From assembly GCA_035491935.1 (NCBI GenBank), contig DATJJW010000061.1, positions 1-24,000 of the forward strand: a stretch of DNA of 24,000 nt, given 5' to 3'. Source of the stretch: Stellaceae bacterium. Lineage in GTDB: Bacteria; Pseudomonadota; Alphaproteobacteria; ATCC43930; CGMCC-115725. The position numbers and the translations under genes are program-made. Shown one piece after another: positions 12,465-21,779 of the stretch (position 1 is its first letter; each line of letters opens with the position of its first letter). Under the pieces are notes generated by a model. The model had not been told where the DNA came from, did not search any database, and was given only the letters and a program-made list of their open reading frames with translations.

Positions 12465-13409
12465 GTGAGCAACCCGAAGATCCTGGTGTTGGGTGTCGGC
12501 GGTATCGGCGGTTATTTCGGCGGCCGTCTGGTGGAGGCGGGGGCGGATGTGACCTTCCTCGTGCGCGAAGAGCGCAGCAAGCAGCTGGCCGAACGCGGCT
12601 TGCGCATCGAGAGCCCGTTCGGCGACGCTCGGCTGAAGGTGAAGACCCTACTCGCCGCGGAGGTTAAGCCGAGCTACGACGCGGTCCTGCTGACCTGCAA
12701 GGCTTATGACCTCGACGGCGCGGTCGCGGCCATCGCGCCCGCGGTGGCACCGACAGGCTATGTGCTGCCGTTCCTCAACGGCATCGCGCATATGGATGTG
12801 CTGAATGCCCAGTTCGGGCCCGCCCGCGTGCTCGGCGGTACGGCGAAGATCCAGTCAACGCTCACGGGCGATGGCGCGATCAAGCAGTTCAACGATTGGC
12901 GCACCTTGGCCTTTGGCGAGCAGACAGGCGAGATGACGGAGCGGGTCAAGACCCTGGCCGCCTTGTTCGCGGCCGCCAAAGGCGTCGAGGCCTTGGCCGT
13001 CCCCGACATCGTGCAGCGCATGTGGGAGAAGCTGGTCCATCTCTCGACCGCAGCGACCATGACCTGCCTGATGCGGGCGAATGTCGGCGAGATCCTGCAC
13101 ACCCCCGATGGGCAGGAGCTGTTCCTCGAGCAGCTTCATACCGCTGCCTCCATCGCGGCCGCCCATGGCCACCGGCCGAGCGATGCCTTCATGAAGCTGT
13201 GGGTCGAGACCTTCTCCCAACAGGATTCGCAGTATTCGACATCCATGCTCCGCGACATCGAGCGCGGCAGTCGGACCGAGGTCGAGCACATCCTGGGCTA
13301 CATGCTGCAAAAGGCGCGCGAGGCCGATGTACCGCATCACACGCTGTTGCTGGCCTACACCCACATCAAGGCCTATGAGCAGAGACGGGCGGCCAACCGC
13401 CTGCCGTGA
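12465..13409 (+). CDS. 2-dehydropantoate 2-reductase (ketopantoate reductase, PanE/ApbA family)
   Basis: GTG start follows GGAAGGAAG. Rossmann N-terminus is KILVLGVGGIGGYFGGRLVEAGADVTFLVR. C-terminal motif is STSMLRDIERGSRTEVEHILGYM. Confidence 0.8.
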   Translation: MSNPKILVLGVGGIGGYFGGRLVEAGADVTFLVREERSKQLAERGLRIESPFGDARLKVKTLLAAEVKPSYDAVLLTCKAYDLDGAVAAIAPAVAPTGYVLPFLNGIAHMDVLNAQFGPARVLGGTAKIQSTLTGDGAIKQFNDWRTLAFGEQTGEMTERVKTLAALFAAAKGVEALAVPDIVQRMWEKLVHLSTAATMTCLMRANVGEILHTPDGQELFLEQLHTAASIAAAHGHRPSDAFMKLWVETFSQQDSQYSTSMLRDIERGSRTEVEHILGYMLQKAREADVPHHTLLLAYTHIKAYEQRRAANRLP

Positions 13410-13454
13410 GCCCGCAAGCCCGTTCGATGGCCCGTTCGATGGAGAGGTGAAGCC

Positions 13455-14579
13455 ATGGCTGGTCCTATATCCGCTGCCCCAATGCACCCCAGCTTGTATT
13501 CGACGCTGCGTTCGGTCAGGACGCGCGGCGTCCGCGTGCCGCTGACCTTCGCGCTCGGCACCAGCGCTGCGGTCGTCACCGCAGTCCCGCTCCTGCTGGT
13601 CGATCTCGAGACCGAGGCAGGGATGACGGGCCGGAGCTACCTCTTCTGCTACACGCCCTCGGGCGCCCGTGCGATCGCCGGCCATATCCATGAAGCGGTC
13701 GAACTGGTGCGCGGCGAGCCCACGACAGCGCTCGATCTCGCGCGCCGGCTGCAGCGGCGCTTTGCCCTTCTTGGCGTGACCGGCACCGTCCGCATGGCGC
13801 TATCGGCCCTGGACATGGCGCTTTGGGATGCGATGGCGCAGGCGGCGGGGCAGCCGCTATCAATCTTATTGGGTGCCGCGCCCCGGCCGCTGCCGGCCTA
13901 TGACAGCCGCGGCCTTGGATTGATGCCGCCGGCCAAGCTGGCGGATGAAGCGGAACAGTTGCTGGCCAAGGGGCTGAAGGCGCTGAAGCTGCGCCTGGGC
14001 CACGAGACGCTGGCGCAGGATTTGGCGGCGCTCGACGCGGTGCGCCGCCGGATCGGCCCCGAAATCGCGATCATGGTCGACTACAACCAGGCGCTGACGC
14101 CGGCGGAGGCGATGGCGCGTGGCCGGGCACTCGACGATCGCGGCGTCGTCTGGCTGGAGGAGCCGATCGCGCATGACGACTACCGCAGCTACGCCCGGCT
14201 CGCCGAGGCGCTGCGCATGCCGGTCCAGATCGGCGAGAATTTCAACGGCGCGGAAGGCCTGCTTCAGGCGTTGGAGGCCCGTGCCTGCGACCTGATGATG
14301 CCGGATGTCGCGCGGATCGGCGGCGTCACCGGTTGGATGCAGGCCGCAGGAATCGCGGCGGCGGCCGGGATCGAACTCTCCTCGCATCTCATGCCCGAGG
14401 TCAGCGCCCAGCTCCTTTGCGCCACACCTACGCGGCATTGGCTGGAATATGTCGACTGGGCCGATGGCTTCATGGAGGAGCCGCTGCAGATCGTCGACGG
14501 CATGGCCGTGCCGTCCGCAGCACCGGGATCGGGGCTTAAATGGGATGAGGGCCGGGTGGCGCGGCTGGAGACCCTCTGA
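13455..14579 (+). CDS. mandelate racemase / muconate lactonizing enzyme family (enolase superfamily) protein
   Basis: GGAGAGG RBS. Motifs: ALDMALWD, KALKLRLG, IMVDYNQA, VVWLEEP, QIGENF and DLMMPDVARIGGVTGW (metal ligands and barrel strands of the MR/MLE fold). Confidence 0.85.
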   Translation: MAGPISAAPMHPSLYSTLRSVRTRGVRVPLTFALGTSAAVVTAVPLLLVDLETEAGMTGRSYLFCYTPSGARAIAGHIHEAVELVRGEPTTALDLARRLQRRFALLGVTGTVRMALSALDMALWDAMAQAAGQPLSILLGAAPRPLPAYDSRGLGLMPPAKLADEAEQLLAKGLKALKLRLGHETLAQDLAALDAVRRRIGPEIAIMVDYNQALTPAEAMARGRALDDRGVVWLEEPIAHDDYRSYARLAEALRMPVQIGENFNGAEGLLQALEARACDLMMPDVARIGGVTGWMQAAGIAAAAGIELSSHLMPEVSAQLLCATPTRHWLEYVDWADGFMEEPLQIVDGMAVPSAAPGSGLKWDEGRVARLETL

Positions 14580-14629
14580 GCCGCCGCTTCATTCTTTTTC
14601 AACCGGTTGGGGCCAAGCCTAGCCGGGCT

Positions 14630-15583
14630 ATGAGTGCCGTTCCCGCCATGACCAATACGCTTCGCGAGCGCGTCCGCACGCGTATTCCGTCGCTGCCGCA
14701 TTTCCTCGGGCGCGCGCGGCAGGATTGGCGCCTGGCGCTATATGATTTGCTGCCGATTGCCTCCAAGCCGCGGCAGCGCGATCTCCTCAGCCACGCCATC
14801 GCGTGGTTCCGGCCGAAGACGCGGGGTTTCAAGCCGACGCCCGGCCAGCGTTCTATCCATGACGAGCTGAGGCGGACCGGCATCAGCCGAGCGCTGCCGC
14901 CGCTCGATTCCGGGACGGTGGCGGCACTCCGGCAGTATTTCGAGCGTACGCCCTGCCATGACCCCTACCGGCCGCATCTCGGCCGTTTCCCATTCGACGC
15001 GCCGGCCAGCCCCGAGACCAATATGGGCTATTTCACCACGGCCGAGATCCTGGCGGCACCGGGCCTGCTGGCCCTGCTCAACGATCCGGACGTGCTGGCC
15101 GTGGCCGAGTTCTATCTCGGCTGCAAGCCGCTGCTCGACAATATCGGCGCCTGGTGGGCCTTTGGCGGACGCGAGGCGGCGAAGGGCACGCAGCGCTTCC
15201 ATCGCGACTTCGATTCCTTGCGCGGCTTCAAGCTGTTCATCTATCTCACCGATGTCGATGAGGGCAGCGGTCCGCATGTCTATATGAGCGGCAGCCACGT
15301 GAACCCGCTGCTCGACACCGGCAAGGCGCAGGCCGACGAGACGATCCGCCGATTGTTCGGTGCCGGCAACGAGATGGTCGTTACCGGTGCGGCCGGTACG
15401 CGTTTCATCGCCGACACCTTCGGCTTCCACAAGGGCGCGCTGCCGGCACAGGGAAGGCGGTTGATGGTGGCCGCGCAATACAATGTCCACCCCTCGCCGC
15501 ACACGCCGCGCCCGCCGGTGCTGACAGCACCGCCCGCCGGCCTGGCGCTCGATCGCGAGATCAACCGGTTGCTTCTGGCCTGA
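14630..15583 (+). CDS. phytanoyl-CoA dioxygenase (PhyH)-like Fe(II)/2-oxoglutarate oxygenase family protein
   Basis: RFHRDFD (HxD), FKLFIYLTDVDEGSGPHVYMSGSH and FGFHKG fit the PhyH-type facial triad pattern. Start is uncertain (ATG at 14630 or 14648). Confidence 0.55.
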   Translation: MSAVPAMTNTLRERVRTRIPSLPHFLGRARQDWRLALYDLLPIASKPRQRDLLSHAIAWFRPKTRGFKPTPGQRSIHDELRRTGISRALPPLDSGTVAALRQYFERTPCHDPYRPHLGRFPFDAPASPETNMGYFTTAEILAAPGLLALLNDPDVLAVAEFYLGCKPLLDNIGAWWAFGGREAAKGTQRFHRDFDSLRGFKLFIYLTDVDEGSGPHVYMSGSHVNPLLDTGKAQADETIRRLFGAGNEMVVTGAAGTRFIADTFGFHKGALPAQGRRLMVAAQYNVHPSPHTPRPPVLTAPPAGLALDREINRLLLA

Positions 15584-15805
15584 CCTAGCCGTGGCAGGCG
15601 CCTGGCGCCTTCACGACCGCTTCCTTCTCCAGCCCGTTCACCGTGGCGCTGGCGCGCTCCGTCGTGCCGGCCGGAACCGACCATCTATCATCGGAACCCG
15701 GCAATTCAGCCGGAGTTCAAGTCGCCGATATAGGTATTTTAACGAATGGAGTCATAAAAGGGAAATAACGAGGCGCCGAAGTCTTGCAACCGGGAGGAGA
15801 AATCT

Positions 15806-17527
15806 ATGGTGAGTACAATAAAAATAAGAACAAAACTCCTTTTGCTTGCCACTCTTACGGGTGTTTCGTTGCTTTTGACCATCGGTATTGCTGCCAAGCT
15901 GCAGGAAAATCGCATGCTCGCCGACCGCAAGGTCGAGCTGCGGGCGATCGTCGACGCGACGTTGACGATGATGAGCGGCCTGCAAAAGCAGGAGGCGGCC
16001 GGCAAGATTTCCCATGAGGAGGCGCTGGCGCGGTTGCGCCAATATATCTATGCCACCCGCTTCGATGGCGGCGTGGGGTATGTCTTCGCCTATACGATGG
16101 ACGGCCTCTCGGTCGCCAATGGCGCCAACCCCCAGATCGAGGGAGTGCGTTTCGAGGTTACGGACCAATTCGACAGGTCACGGCCGCCGGCCAACATCTC
16201 CGAGCAGCTGCAGCGGTCGATCGCACCGCGGCTTATCGCCCTGCGCAGCCAGCAAGAGGTCGACTACCTCAGCCCGTTTCCTCGCCCGGGCCAGAAGACG
16301 CCATTGCCCAAGCTGTTCATCGCCAAGCAATTCGAGCCTTGGCACATCGCCGTCTTCACCGGGCTATGGACGGACGACATCGATGCCAGTTTCCGCCAGG
16401 CCCTGTTGGCGCTGGGTGCGATCGGCCTTGCCATCATCGTCGTGACCAACGGCATCGTCTATCTGATCAGCCGGAGCATCACGACGTCGCTCGGGCGGCT
16501 GCGGAACCGGATGACCATGCTGGCCGCCGGCGACGATACGGTCGAGATCGTCGAGGCTACGCGCGGGGACGAGATCGGCGACATGGCCAAGGCCGTGCAG
16601 GTCTTCAAGGACGGCATGATCGACGCGAAGCGGCTGCGGACGGAGCAGGAGCATGCCAAGGCTCTTGCCGAGGAGGAGAAGCGCAAAGCGCTCAACGAGC
16701 TTGCCGATGCCTTCGAGCACAGCGTCAAGGTCGAGGTCGGTCTGCTGCTTTCATCATCGAAGGAGATGCATGGGGCGGCCCAGGATCTTTCCAGAACGGC
16801 GGAAGATACGAACAAGCAAAGCGCGATCGTCGCCGCGGCGGCGGAAGAGGCCGCGGTGAATGTCCAGACGGTGGCGAGCGCCACGGAGGAACTATCTGCC
16901 TCGATCACCGAGATCGGACGCCAGGTCGAGCATTCGAGCGGTATTTCCCATGAGGCGGTGGAGCAGGCCAGCCGGACCAATGTGACGGTCGATGGCCTGG
17001 CTCAGGCCGCCCAGCGCATCGGCGAGGTCATCAAGATGATCCAGGACATCGCCGCCCAAACCAATCTGCTGGCGCTGAACGCGACGATCGAGGCGGCGCG
17101 CGCCGGGGAGGCGGGCAAGGGCTTCGCCGTCGTGGCCAGCGAGGTGAAGGCCTTGGCGGCGCAGACCTCGCGGGCGACCGAGGAGATCGCGGCGCAGATC
17201 GCCTCGATCCAAGGTGCCACCAGCGAGGTGGTGACGGCGATCGGCGGCATTGAGGAGACGATCGGCCGGATCAACGAAACCGCCAGTGCCATCGCCGCGG
17301 CGGTGAACGAGCAATCGGCCGCGACCCAGGAGATCGCCAGCAACGTGCAGCAGGTTTCGGAAGGGACCACCGAAATATCGAGCAACATCACCAGCGTCAC
17401 GGTGGCGGCCGGAGAAACCGGGCAGGCATCATCCCGGATGCTGACCGGTTCGGCAGAGCTGGCGACGCGGGCGGAAAATTTGCGCGCCCAGGTCGATCAA
17501 TTCCTGGAAGCCGTACGCGTCGCATAG
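15806..17527 (+). CDS. methyl-accepting chemotaxis protein with periplasmic single-Cache (sCache_2-like) sensor, HAMP and MA domains
   Basis: GGGAGGAG RBS. TM1 is [21 protein letters not shown]. Cache motifs are [10 protein letters not shown] and [19 protein letters not shown]2 and HAMP follow. The conserved signalling hairpin is [37 protein letters not shown]. Confidence 0.9.
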   Translation: MVSTIKIRTKLLLLATLTGVSLLLTIGIAAKLQENRMLADRKVELRAIVDATLTMMSGLQKQEAAGKISHEEALARLRQYIYATRFDGGVGYVFAYTMDGLSVANGANPQIEGVRFEVTDQFDRSRPPANISEQLQRSIAPRLIALRSQQEVDYLSPFPRPGQKTPLPKLFIAKQFEPWHIAVFTGLWTDDIDASFRQALLALGAIGLAIIVVTNGIVYLISRSITTSLGRLRNRMTMLAAGDDTVEIVEATRGDEIGDMAKAVQVFKDGMIDAKRLRTEQEHAKALAEEEKRKALNELADAFEHSVKVEVGLLLSSSKEMHGAAQDLSRTAEDTNKQSAIVAAAAEEAAVNVQTVASATEELSASITEIGRQVEHSSGISHEAVEQASRTNVTVDGLAQAAQRIGEVIKMIQDIAAQTNLLALNATIEAARAGEAGKGFAVVASEVKALAAQTSRATEEIAAQIASIQGATSEVVTAIGGIEETIGRINETASAIAAAVNEQSAATQEIASNVQQVSEGTTEISSNITSVTVAAGETGQASSRMLTGSAELATRAENLRAQVDQFLEAVRVA

Positions 17528-17552
17528 GTTCGGAGGAAGCCGGCCGGACCTA
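17525..17552. terminator. possible bidirectional stem-loop between convergent genes
   Basis: TAGGTTCGG-N10-CCGGACCTA (9-bp stem with one G-U pair) spans both stop codons. No U-tract. Confidence 0.25.
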
Positions 17553-18941
17553 GGTGAGACAGGCGAGCAGCGTCCTCACATCCGCTTCCCTCTCCAGCCG
17601 GTTCACTGTGGCGATGGCACGCTCCGTCTTGTCGGCGGGCCAGCCGGCGAAGCCGGCGCAGTCGCGGAACTTGTCCTCGATTTCGGCCTGGGTCATCGGG
17701 TTGGTCTTGCTGCCCTTGCCGTAATCCAGCTTGCCACCGACCTGGCGGCCGTCCTTCAGCGCGAGATCGACGAAGGATGTGACGATGGTGTGGCCGGCCG
17801 CACGCCCTTCGGCCTCGCCGAAAGTGTCGTATTGCACGCGGCCGATGAGATCCTGGACGTCGGGCCGGCGCACGAATTCGTCGGTGAAGGATTTGAGGCC
17901 GAGTTTGCGGTCGACGGCCAGGGCCGCGACGCAGAATTCCAGGCTGAACTTCGCCTCCAGCTCGGTCTGCGGCCGGTGGTGCAGCAGCGTGCGGCTGATG
18001 TTCTCGCTGGTCTTGATGGTGATCCTGGCGATGTCCTGGGGCTTGATGTCATGCGTCTCGACCAGCGAGAGCATGAGCGTCATCGCCGGGTGGCTGAGGC
18101 TGCCGGTCGGCCACGGCTTCAGCCAGATGCCACGATCGACGAAGGCCCAGGGCTGGCCCAGGCGGTCGACGATGCGTTCGGGCTCCCAGCCGCCGCCCTC
18201 GGCCTGGAAGAAGCCACGCGGCGATTCCAGGATCGAGGCGGCGGCAGTGAAGCCCATGCGGGTAAGGTCGGCGGCGACGATGCCGGTCTCGCCGGACCGG
18301 CCGGCATGGAAGGGCTTCATCATGGTGCCGAAATTCTCGGACAGGCCGGCCGCCTGGCTGGCGGCGATGCCGAGGCAGTTGCGTATCGCGTCCGGCGGCA
18401 GGCGGTAGAGCTTGGCGACCGCGGCGGCGGCACTCAGCAGCCCGCAGGTGCCGGTCGAATGATAGCCGTTCAGGATGTGGTTCGGATGCGTCGCGTCGAA
18501 CAGCTTGCAGGCCAGCTCGGCGCCGATCTGATAGGCCAGCAGCACATCGATGCCCGAGGCGCCGCAGGATTCGCCCGCGGCCAGCAGCGCGCTCAGCACT
18601 GCGGCGGTCGGGTGAATGCCCTGGAATTTGCCGGTCGCCGCCTGCTGCGTGTCGTCGTAGTCATCGACATGCATCGCGGTGCCGTTGATCAGCGCGGCAA
18701 AGCGCGGCGGCAGCTTGGCGCCGCCGCCGAGCACCGAGGCGGTGGGGCCCGTCACGCCCTCGAAGGGCTGCACGTACCGGCGCAGGATGTCGACGGTTGG
18801 GGTGTGGGCGCCGGCAAGCGCGCAGCCCAAGGCATCGAGGATGGAGGCCTTGCCGAGCCGTGCGACCTCCGCGGGCACGTCGTCATAGCGGGTCTTGTGG
18901 ATGAAATCCGCGACATAGGCCGTCAGACCGAATTGCGACAT
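17550..18941 (-). CDS. MmgE/PrpD family protein (2-methylcitrate dehydratase-like)
   Basis: N-terminus YVADFIHKTRYDDVPAEVARLGKASILDALGCALAG and its length (463 aa) are typical of MmgE/PrpD proteins. Confidence 0.85.
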   Translation of the reverse strand: MSQFGLTAYVADFIHKTRYDDVPAEVARLGKASILDALGCALAGAHTPTVDILRRYVQPFEGVTGPTASVLGGGAKLPPRFAALINGTAMHVDDYDDTQQAATGKFQGIHPTAAVLSALLAAGESCGASGIDVLLAYQIGAELACKLFDATHPNHILNGYHSTGTCGLLSAAAAVAKLYRLPPDAIRNCLGIAASQAAGLSENFGTMMKPFHAGRSGETGIVAADLTRMGFTAAASILESPRGFFQAEGGGWEPERIVDRLGQPWAFVDRGIWLKPWPTGSLSHPAMTLMLSLVETHDIKPQDIARITIKTSENISRTLLHHRPQTELEAKFSLEFCVAALAVDRKLGLKSFTDEFVRRPDVQDLIGRVQYDTFGEAEGRAAGHTIVTSFVDLALKDGRQVGGKLDYGKGSKTNPMTQAEIEDKFRDCAGFAGWPADKTERAIATVNRLEREADVRTLLACLT

Positions 18942-18944
18942 GGC

Positions 18945-20342
18945 TCAGGCCCTCATTGCGTTGACGATGTCACGGATTGTCGTGCCTTCCAGGCCGCGAA
19001 CCAATTCGATGATCCGTTCGGCGCCGGATGCCCGCAGATGGTCGGTCATCAGCTTGCGCGCCTTGTGCTCGACCTCGTCGCGGGTCATCGGATTGTCCGG
19101 CGTGCCGCGCACCGCGCCGGTATGGTGCGAGAAGATGCGGCCGTCATGAGTCGTTACCTCCACCGTCGCCTGGCGTGGCGGTGGCGTGCGCGTCATCTCG
19201 GCGCTGGGCACCATCTCGATCTTGGCGCGCACGGCCAGCACCTCCGGGTCCTGCATGCGCGCATAGTCATGCGAGGAGCGGAGCGTCACGTCGCCATCGA
19301 CCCACATCAGCGCGACCAGATGCTGCATGCAGATTTCCGGCATGTGGCGGTTGCTGATGATCTTGGTTTCCTTGTCCGGCATGATGACGCGGATCCTGGC
19401 GAGATCCTTCGGCCGCAACCCGTGCTCGCTACGCAGCGCCAGCGAGGAATCGATCGTCGCCTGGATCGGAGATCCCACCGTCCATTTCTTTATCATGGCG
19501 CGCATGATCTCGAAGTCGTGGCCCAGGCCGCGGACCATCTCGGCCCGGTTGGGCTCGGGCGAGTAGCAGTCGAAGAAATTATGCTGGCCGTGGAAGGGAT
19601 CGCTGCCGCCGGTGAAGCCCGCCGCGACCATCGAGGCGGCGGCCGCGGCATTGCGCGCCGGGTTGCCGCCGAAGACGAAGCCTTTCTCGAAATGCTCGGG
19701 ATCGCGCATCCAACAGGTGACGCCGGCCGCCTGTTGGACCGCGAAGGAGAGCGCATAGCGCACCCGGCGCGGCTCGAAACCGTAAAGCGCGCTGCAGCCG
19801 GCCGTGCCGCCGAACAGGCCGCCGATGCTGTGCGGGCTGTGGAAGGCATTGTCGAGCAGCGCCTCGTCCAGCGCCATGGTCAGGCGGCAGCCGATATCGT
19901 AGCCCAGCACGATGGCCTTGAGGAAAGCCTCGCCACCGACATTGAGATTTTCGCCGATCGCCAGGATCGGCGGCAGGATGGCGCAACCCGGGTGCATGCG
20001 GGCGAGGTAATGCGAATCATCGGTCTCGCCGCCGCCGGCCAGCATGCCGTTGGCGAAGGCGGCATTGACCACCGAGGTCTTGAGGCCGGTGATGCCGATG
20101 CCGGCGTCGGGATTGCCGCCCAGTGACCGGACGTAGTCCAGCGCCACCCGGCCGGGCTTGAGATCGCGGCCGACCACGATGGCGGCCAGCGTATCGAGGA
20201 TGTGGTGCTTCGCCTTCTCGACCACCTCGGCCGGCAAGGCAAGTTGCTGCGAGCGGGCGATGTAGCCGCTCAGCTCGGCCATCATCGGCTCGATGTCGTC
20301 GGCGACGTCGTGCAGTGTTTCGCTTTGCGGTTCGTCGATCAT
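18945..20342 (-). CDS. MmgE/PrpD family protein (second, divergent paralogue)
   Basis: LSGYIARSQQLALPAEVVEKAKHHILDTLAAIVVG, 465 aa. Only a 3-nt gap separates it from the downstream paralogue. Confidence 0.85.
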   Translation of the reverse strand: MIDEPQSETLHDVADDIEPMMAELSGYIARSQQLALPAEVVEKAKHHILDTLAAIVVGRDLKPGRVALDYVRSLGGNPDAGIGITGLKTSVVNAAFANGMLAGGGETDDSHYLARMHPGCAILPPILAIGENLNVGGEAFLKAIVLGYDIGCRLTMALDEALLDNAFHSPHSIGGLFGGTAGCSALYGFEPRRVRYALSFAVQQAAGVTCWMRDPEHFEKGFVFGGNPARNAAAAASMVAAGFTGGSDPFHGQHNFFDCYSPEPNRAEMVRGLGHDFEIMRAMIKKWTVGSPIQATIDSSLALRSEHGLRPKDLARIRVIMPDKETKIISNRHMPEICMQHLVALMWVDGDVTLRSSHDYARMQDPEVLAVRAKIEMVPSAEMTRTPPPRQATVEVTTHDGRIFSHHTGAVRGTPDNPMTRDEVEHKARKLMTDHLRASGAERIIELVRGLEGTTIRDIVNAMRA

Positions 20343-20375
20343 GAACGGACTCCCGGAAGCTGATGTCTAAGTCGG

Positions 20376-21689
20376 CTATTCCTTGGGCATGGTGAAGCGC
20401 AGGGAGGCGGAGAGCAGGCCGGAGATGACCAGCACGCCGGCCATGATGGCGAGGCCGCCATTGAAGGAGCCGGTGGTGGTCCTGAGCCAGCCCAGCGCCA
20501 CCGGCCCCAGGAAGCCGCCCAGCGTGCCGATGGTGTTGATGAAGGCGATGCCGCCGGCCGCGCCTCTGCCCTGCAGGATGCGCGGCGGGATGGTCCAGAA
20601 TAGGCCGCGCGTCGTGGTGATGCCGATGACGGCCAGCGTCAGCCCGGTATATCCGATGTAGCTGAACGCCTGCTGGTGGGTGACGAGCGAGAGGAAGAAG
20701 CCGCCGGCGCCGAGGAAGCAGGCGACGACCAGATTGGCGATCCGCTTGCCGGTACGGTCCACCAGCCGGGCCCAGCAGACCAGCGCCACGCAGCCGAGCA
20801 GGAAGGGCAGCGACGACAGCAGGCTCGCGGCGGCATTGCCGAGGCCACGGCCTCGGAGCATCAAGGGCAACCATACCGCCAGGCCGTAGGATCCCAGCAG
20901 GAAGCCGAATTGGATGCCGGCACAGACCAGTACGCGGATGTCCCTGACGGCCATCCACATGCTCTCGATCGGCCGGTCGCGGTCCTCGGCGGCCAAGACA
21001 CCGGTGACCAGATCGCGCTCGCGCGGCGTCAGCCATGTCGCCTTTTGCGGCCCGTCGGCGATGACCCAGGGCAAGGCGATGCCCAGGAGGACGCATGGTA
21101 CGCCTTCGATGATGAACATCCATTGCCAGCCGGCGAGGCCGAGAAAGCCGTTCATCGGCAGGATCGCGGCCGCCAGCGGCCCGCTCAGCAGCGACGCCAC
21201 CGGCGACGACAGCAACGACCAGGCGAAGATCTGCGTCCGGTAATGCGCCGGGAACCAGCAGGCGAAGACGTAGATGATGCCAGGGAAATATCCGGCCTCC
21301 GCCACGCCCAGGAAGAAGCGCAGGATGATGAAGCTGTAGGGGCCGGTGACGAAGGCGGTGCCGGCGGAGAGCAGGCCCCAGGTGATCATGATGCGCGTCA
21401 GCCAGATGCGCGCGCCAAAACGATAGAGCAGGATATTGCTGGGGATTTCGAGGAAGCTGTAGCTGGCGAACAGCACACCGGCGCCCCAGCCGAACTCCCT
21501 GGCGGTCATGCCGAGGTCGCGGTTCATCGTCAGCGCGGCGAAGCCGACATTGGTGCGGTCCATATTGTTGAGCAGCAGGGCCACGGTCAGGATCGGGACG
21601 ATCCGCCAGATGACCTTGCGGAACGCAGCCGTTTCTTCCGCATTCCTGCCGATGGCCGAGGTGGGCGCGGCGGCCAAGTTCGGAATCAT
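20376..21689 (-). CDS. MFS transporter, anion:cation symporter (ACS) type (tartrate/phthalate/acid-sugar permease-like)
   Basis: 12 predicted TM segments. MDRTNVGFAALTMNRDLGMT...GAGVLFASYSFLEIPSNILLYRFGARIWL is typical of ACS-family MFS proteins. Confidence 0.8.
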   Translation of the reverse strand: MIPNLAAAPTSAIGRNAEETAAFRKVIWRIVPILTVALLLNNMDRTNVGFAALTMNRDLGMTAREFGWGAGVLFASYSFLEIPSNILLYRFGARIWLTRIMITWGLLSAGTAFVTGPYSFIILRFFLGVAEAGYFPGIIYVFACWFPAHYRTQIFAWSLLSSPVASLLSGPLAAAILPMNGFLGLAGWQWMFIIEGVPCVLLGIALPWVIADGPQKATWLTPRERDLVTGVLAAEDRDRPIESMWMAVRDIRVLVCAGIQFGFLLGSYGLAVWLPLMLRGRGLGNAAASLLSSLPFLLGCVALVCWARLVDRTGKRIANLVVACFLGAGGFFLSLVTHQQAFSYIGYTGLTLAVIGITTTRGLFWTIPPRILQGRGAAGGIAFINTIGTLGGFLGPVALGWLRTTTGSFNGGLAIMAGVLVISGLLSASLRFTMPKE

Positions 21690-21779
21690 GCATCCCTCCT
21701 GTTCCGCTATTCTTGTTGTCGTGGACGTCCGCCGCGGATGTCGCGAGAATCGGCGTCACATCTCGAATATGCGTGGGGG

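Noticed and set aside
17790-20126. 778-aa + strand ORF spanning both PrpD genes
   Set aside because: It is the antisense shadow of two well-supported minus-strand genes in a high-GC genome. The product is Arg/Gly/Ala/Asp-rich low-complexity sequence with no motifs, and the frame lacks the GC3 pattern of the true frame.
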